Positions 52,800-56,660 of a DNA stretch of 56,660 nt are shown here, piece after piece. Source of the stretch: Prorocentrum cordatum (lineage: Eukaryota); NCBI GenBank assembly GCA_963575745.1, contig CAUYUJ010000075.1, forward strand, positions 62,001-118,660. Direction: 5' to 3'. The position numbers were made by a program, and so were the translations under genes. Each line of letters starts with the position of its first letter. Position 1 is the first letter of the stretch. The notes beneath the pieces were generated by a model. It was not told the origin of the DNA and did not search any database. It saw only the letters and a program-made list of their open reading frames with translations.

Positions 52800-53150
52800 G
52801 CAGACATATACATACAAATACGTACACATACATACGCGATTTGAAAAGCATACACGCATATACATGACCATCATCGCATACGTTCGCACGTATACGTGTA
52901 GGCGCACGCATGATATGCATGCATGTGCACTTACATGCAAGCACATACACCACATATGCACTTCTACGTATGCAGCCATCATATGAGCACACAAACACAC
53001 ATGTGATCATATGCACGCGCAAGCATATACATGCAAATGATGATGCAATCATATGCACATCTACACAAACATATGTGTGCTAGCACCTACATATACGTGT
53101 ATACCCACTTAAAAGGTCATATCAACTTTCATGTGTACGTATACATTATA
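52800..53150. repeat. Degenerate alternating purine-pyrimidine (CATATG/CACATA) tract
   Basis: Direct reading. Confidence 0.8.
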
Positions 53151-53269
53151 CGCATCGCCTCGTGTCTGACGTTCTTGGTTGTGGCAGCATGATGGACAAG
53201 ACGCATGCGACAAATATAACGTCATATCATGTCCCACCCCACACGTCGCATCGCACCACCACCAATCAC

Positions 53270-53916
53270 TATCCCAGTGCGACCCTACCTAGGAGTTGGA
53301 GCCCCTAGGAAAGCAGCAATATGCTATGCTATGCTGCGCTATGCTATGCTATGCTATGCTATGCTGCACTGTGCTATGCTAAGCTATGCTATGCTATGAT
53401 ATGCTATGCTGTGCTATGCTGCGATGTGCTATGCTAAGCTATGCTATGCTATGCTATGATATGCTGCGCTATGCTATGCTATGATATGCTATGATATGCT
53501 AATGCTGTGCTATGCTATGCTATGCTATGCTATGCTATGATATGATATGCTGCGCCATACTATGATATGCTATGCTATGCTTGGCTATGCTATGTTATAC
53601 AATGCTATGATATGCTAATTATGCGCTGCGCTATGCTGCGCTGCGCTGAGCTAAGATAAGCTAAGCTATTCTGGGCTAAGCTAAGGTAAGCTAATTTAAG
53701 CTAAGCTAAGCTAAGCTAAGCTAAGTTAAGGTTACGCTAAGCTAAGCTAAGCTAAGCTATGCTAAGATGAGATAAGCTAAGCTAAGCTAAGGAGGCGCAA
53801 CTGGGGGAACCGCGGGGCGGGGACTGGGGGAACCGCCCAGGGCGCATTACACTGCCCCGCCCCTTTAGCCAAGAGAGTAAGAACCCTCTCGGCAGAGCCT
53901 AGGTAGGGAATAATGC
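53270..53916 (-). mobile_element. Same element, copy 2, inverted
   Basis: TATCCCAGTGCGACCCTACCTAGGAGTTGGAGCCCCTAGGAAAGCAGCA, then (TATGC)n(TAAGC)n, then GGCAGAGCCTAGGTAGGGAATAATGC. Confidence 0.85.
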
Positions 53917-55871
53917 ATCATAACATTTGGAAGACACCGTGCATCGCATCGTAGACATGACAAAGTATCATATGCGTTTACTGTACTTCGCTGCCGCCAT
54001 CGCATCCTCGTTCATCGCGAGCTGAATCGAGTTCGATGCGTTTAGTCGCGGGGCTTCTCGCGGCCCCCCCATTCGGCCCCGCAGCTCCGCGGGTACTTCT
54101 CGGAACACAGACGATCCAGATTGCCACCGAGATAGCGCCTGGAGTAGCCGTTGGGCCGTTGGCCGCAGAACGCTCAAAGAGAAGTCCGCCCCCTTGGACC
54201 CCTCTCGGGACAATCCAGGAGGCCCCGAATTGGAGATCTCCCCCCGGGTGCAGGAGGGGCAGGGCGCCCCTGTCAGATTGCCACAGATGCCCCCAAGAGT
54301 GCCCCAGACAATCCCGCCCCCCCTTTTGAAGCTCTCTTGGAGGCCGGGAGGGTGGCCCCTGTGGCCCTCGGCGCCCCTGCAAGACAACAACACGCAAATC
54401 GCATCATTGCAGCGGGGCAGACGGGCCACGGGCACAGCATTTTCTGTCTTGCTCTCCCACGTGCCAACTCTTGCCGCCCGCGCCAGGCGCCAGGGCCGCG
54501 CCTGCTGCGCGCCGAGCTGGGCTCGGCGCTCGACTCCACCGACGAGGCTGTTATAGTATAACGGCAGGGCTGAGATCATCCTGCCACTGTCCCCCCTCCT
54601 CTCTCTATCCCTCCCTCCTCTCCCCCTCTACCTCCCTGCCGGGCCATGTCCTGCCTCCCATCCTCCACCCCTCCCTCCCTCCCCCTGTATCTGTCTCTGT
54701 CTCTGTCTCTGTCTCTCTCTATCTATCTCTCTCTCTCTCTCTGCCCCTCTCTCTCTACTTCCCCCTCGCCCTCCTCTTGCCTCTCCTCTGTCCTATCCCC
54801 CTCTCCTCCCACCCCCCCCCCGTGGCGGCGGCCCGCTCCGCCAGCCTAGCCGCGGGGGCTCCCGGCCGCGTCGGCCTTCAGCGCCGCGCCGCCAGCACCT
54901 GGCCAGGGAAGGGCGGAGGAGTCAGAGGGAACTGGCGGGGTGAAGGGGGGAGGGCGGGCTGGGGGAGGCAGAGGAGGTGCGATGAAATGAAAGACCGCCC
55001 CAGTCTAGCGGCCTGACTGAAGGACGGACAGGTGACATGTGCTCAAAGGGCCCGAGAGGAAGGTGGAGGAGGTGGAGGGTGGGGGAGAAGCCCGGGGAGG
55101 AGAGGGAGGAGGGAGAAGGAAGAGGAGCAGGAGGAGCAGAGAGCGCGGTTCTCTTCACGCCATGCAACGCTTTCGCTCGATCCCTCCGCCCCCTTCCCTG
55201 TTATTCAACGCCTCGCGCAATGGCTAGTCGAGATCGATGCACGCACCCTGAGCTCGCAGCCTCAGATGCCACATGGTCCACGCGGTGTCAATCAGTCTGG
55301 GTCGACAGGTCACGCGACCCGCCTTCAACGGCAGGGTGAACCCAGGATGCAAGACGACGCTGCACCGATTCTGCAATGCACCATAAAGGGAAGAGGAGGA
55401 ATATGAGGATAAAGTTTTAGTTGATGGTGGTGATAAGGGCTACAGAGGGTAGTATAATCAATGATGGGATAAGGGGGGACGAGGAGAGGAGAAGCTAGAA
55501 GCTACTTAAAACGATGACCCAACATCACATGATGGTTGGGGATCATGATAAACATGTCCCACCCTTGGGCGCGGGCTGCAAAGCAGTGGCAATGCGTCGC
55601 AAACTAAGGAACTAGGGGCACTAGAGCAAGTGCCACAGCGCTTGCAAATTCACATAAGGGTTTGGGGAGCTCAAGCCGTCTCCCACTACCCTGGCTTCCG
55701 TAGAAGAGAAGAGGGGGAAGAGGAGGGGATCGGGGCGGATGGGGGAGGAGGCAAAAAAAACAGAAAAAACAAAAAAAAAGGAAGTTGGGAGGAGGAGGGA
55801 GGAGAGGAAGGAGGAACGAAGGAGGGAGGAGGAGGAGGACGAGGAGGAGGAAGAGGAGGAGGAGGAGGAGG

Positions 55872-55914
<43 letters not shown>

Positions 55915-56660
55915 CGAGGAGGAGCACGAGGAGGAGGAGGAGGAGGAGGAGGAGGGGGAGGAGGTGGGACGGGTCTGTGGAGGACGACGAGGGTGAATGG
56001 GGCGACACAGGAGGTGGAGGAGGATGAGGAGGAGGAGGAGGAGCAGCAGGAGGAGGAGGAGGAGGAGGAGCAGGAGGATGAGGAGGAGGAGGAGGAGGCG
56101 GAGGAGGAAGAGCGAGAGCGGGGGCCTCAGGACAAAGGCCCGCGGCTGTTTTTCGGAAGCTACAGCTGAACAAAAAAAGAGCATGCAAACGCAGCTCGAC
56201 GCTCGAGGCGGCCCCTCCCTCCGTCCGCCCCCTCTTCCTCCCCGACCCCATCCCTCCTCTTCCTCCTCAGCCAGTACCCTCGGTACCCCCCGCCGGAGGT
56301 GGTCCGCCATCGACGTCGCCGAGCGACCAGTCGCAGCGGTGGGAGGCCTCAGGCGCACGGTGCCCGGCGGCGCCCGGCCGGCACCCCCCACTTGTCAGTT
56401 GGTCTTGTCGAGGTATTTGCCCACCATTGCCTCGGGGAGGCGGAGGAGGAGGAGGAGGAGGAGGAGGAGGAAGTGCAGGGGGAGGATGGGGCGGAGAATG
56501 GGGAGGAGTAGGGGGAGGAGGGGGCGAGGAGGAAAACGCGGAGAGGATGAGGAGGAGGAGGAGGAGGAGGAGGAGGAGGAGGGGGAGGAGGAGGAGGAGG
56601 AGGAGGAGGAGGAGGAGGAGGAGGAGGAGGAGGAGGAGGGGCGAGGAGGGAGGAAGAGGG

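Noticed and set aside
53968..55406. Possible exons
   Set aside because: Could not assemble a phased model or recognise a product.

Overview
GC-rich, repeat-dense eukaryotic DNA. The GC-AG/GA-AG introns with G|G borders, co-oriented genes and satellite types suggest a dinoflagellate, probably Prorocentrum-like (inference). Most six-frame ORFs are translations of satellites or microsatellites. The real coding content is: (1) a 7-exon minus-strand gene (44440-49954, ~1,270 aa) joining an N-terminal ASCH/PUA-like domain through a long low-complexity linker to a complete C5-cytosine DNA methyltransferase; (2) directly downstream on the same strand, a ~13-exon, ~1,250-aa gene (35357-43171) with a ParB/Sulfiredoxin-like N-terminus, a possibly divergent SET-like C-terminal region and two lesions in its 5' exons; (3) a decayed, 5'-truncated multi-ORF non-LTR retroelement (~8430-13300) whose ORF junctions carry five copies of a ~25-nt hairpin; (4) a decayed LINE reverse transcriptase (~30200-31830). 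The rest is MITEs, a Helitron-like 3' end, two inverted pairs of satellite-bearing elements and many tandem arrays. All exon models and domain calls were made by eye, without database searches.
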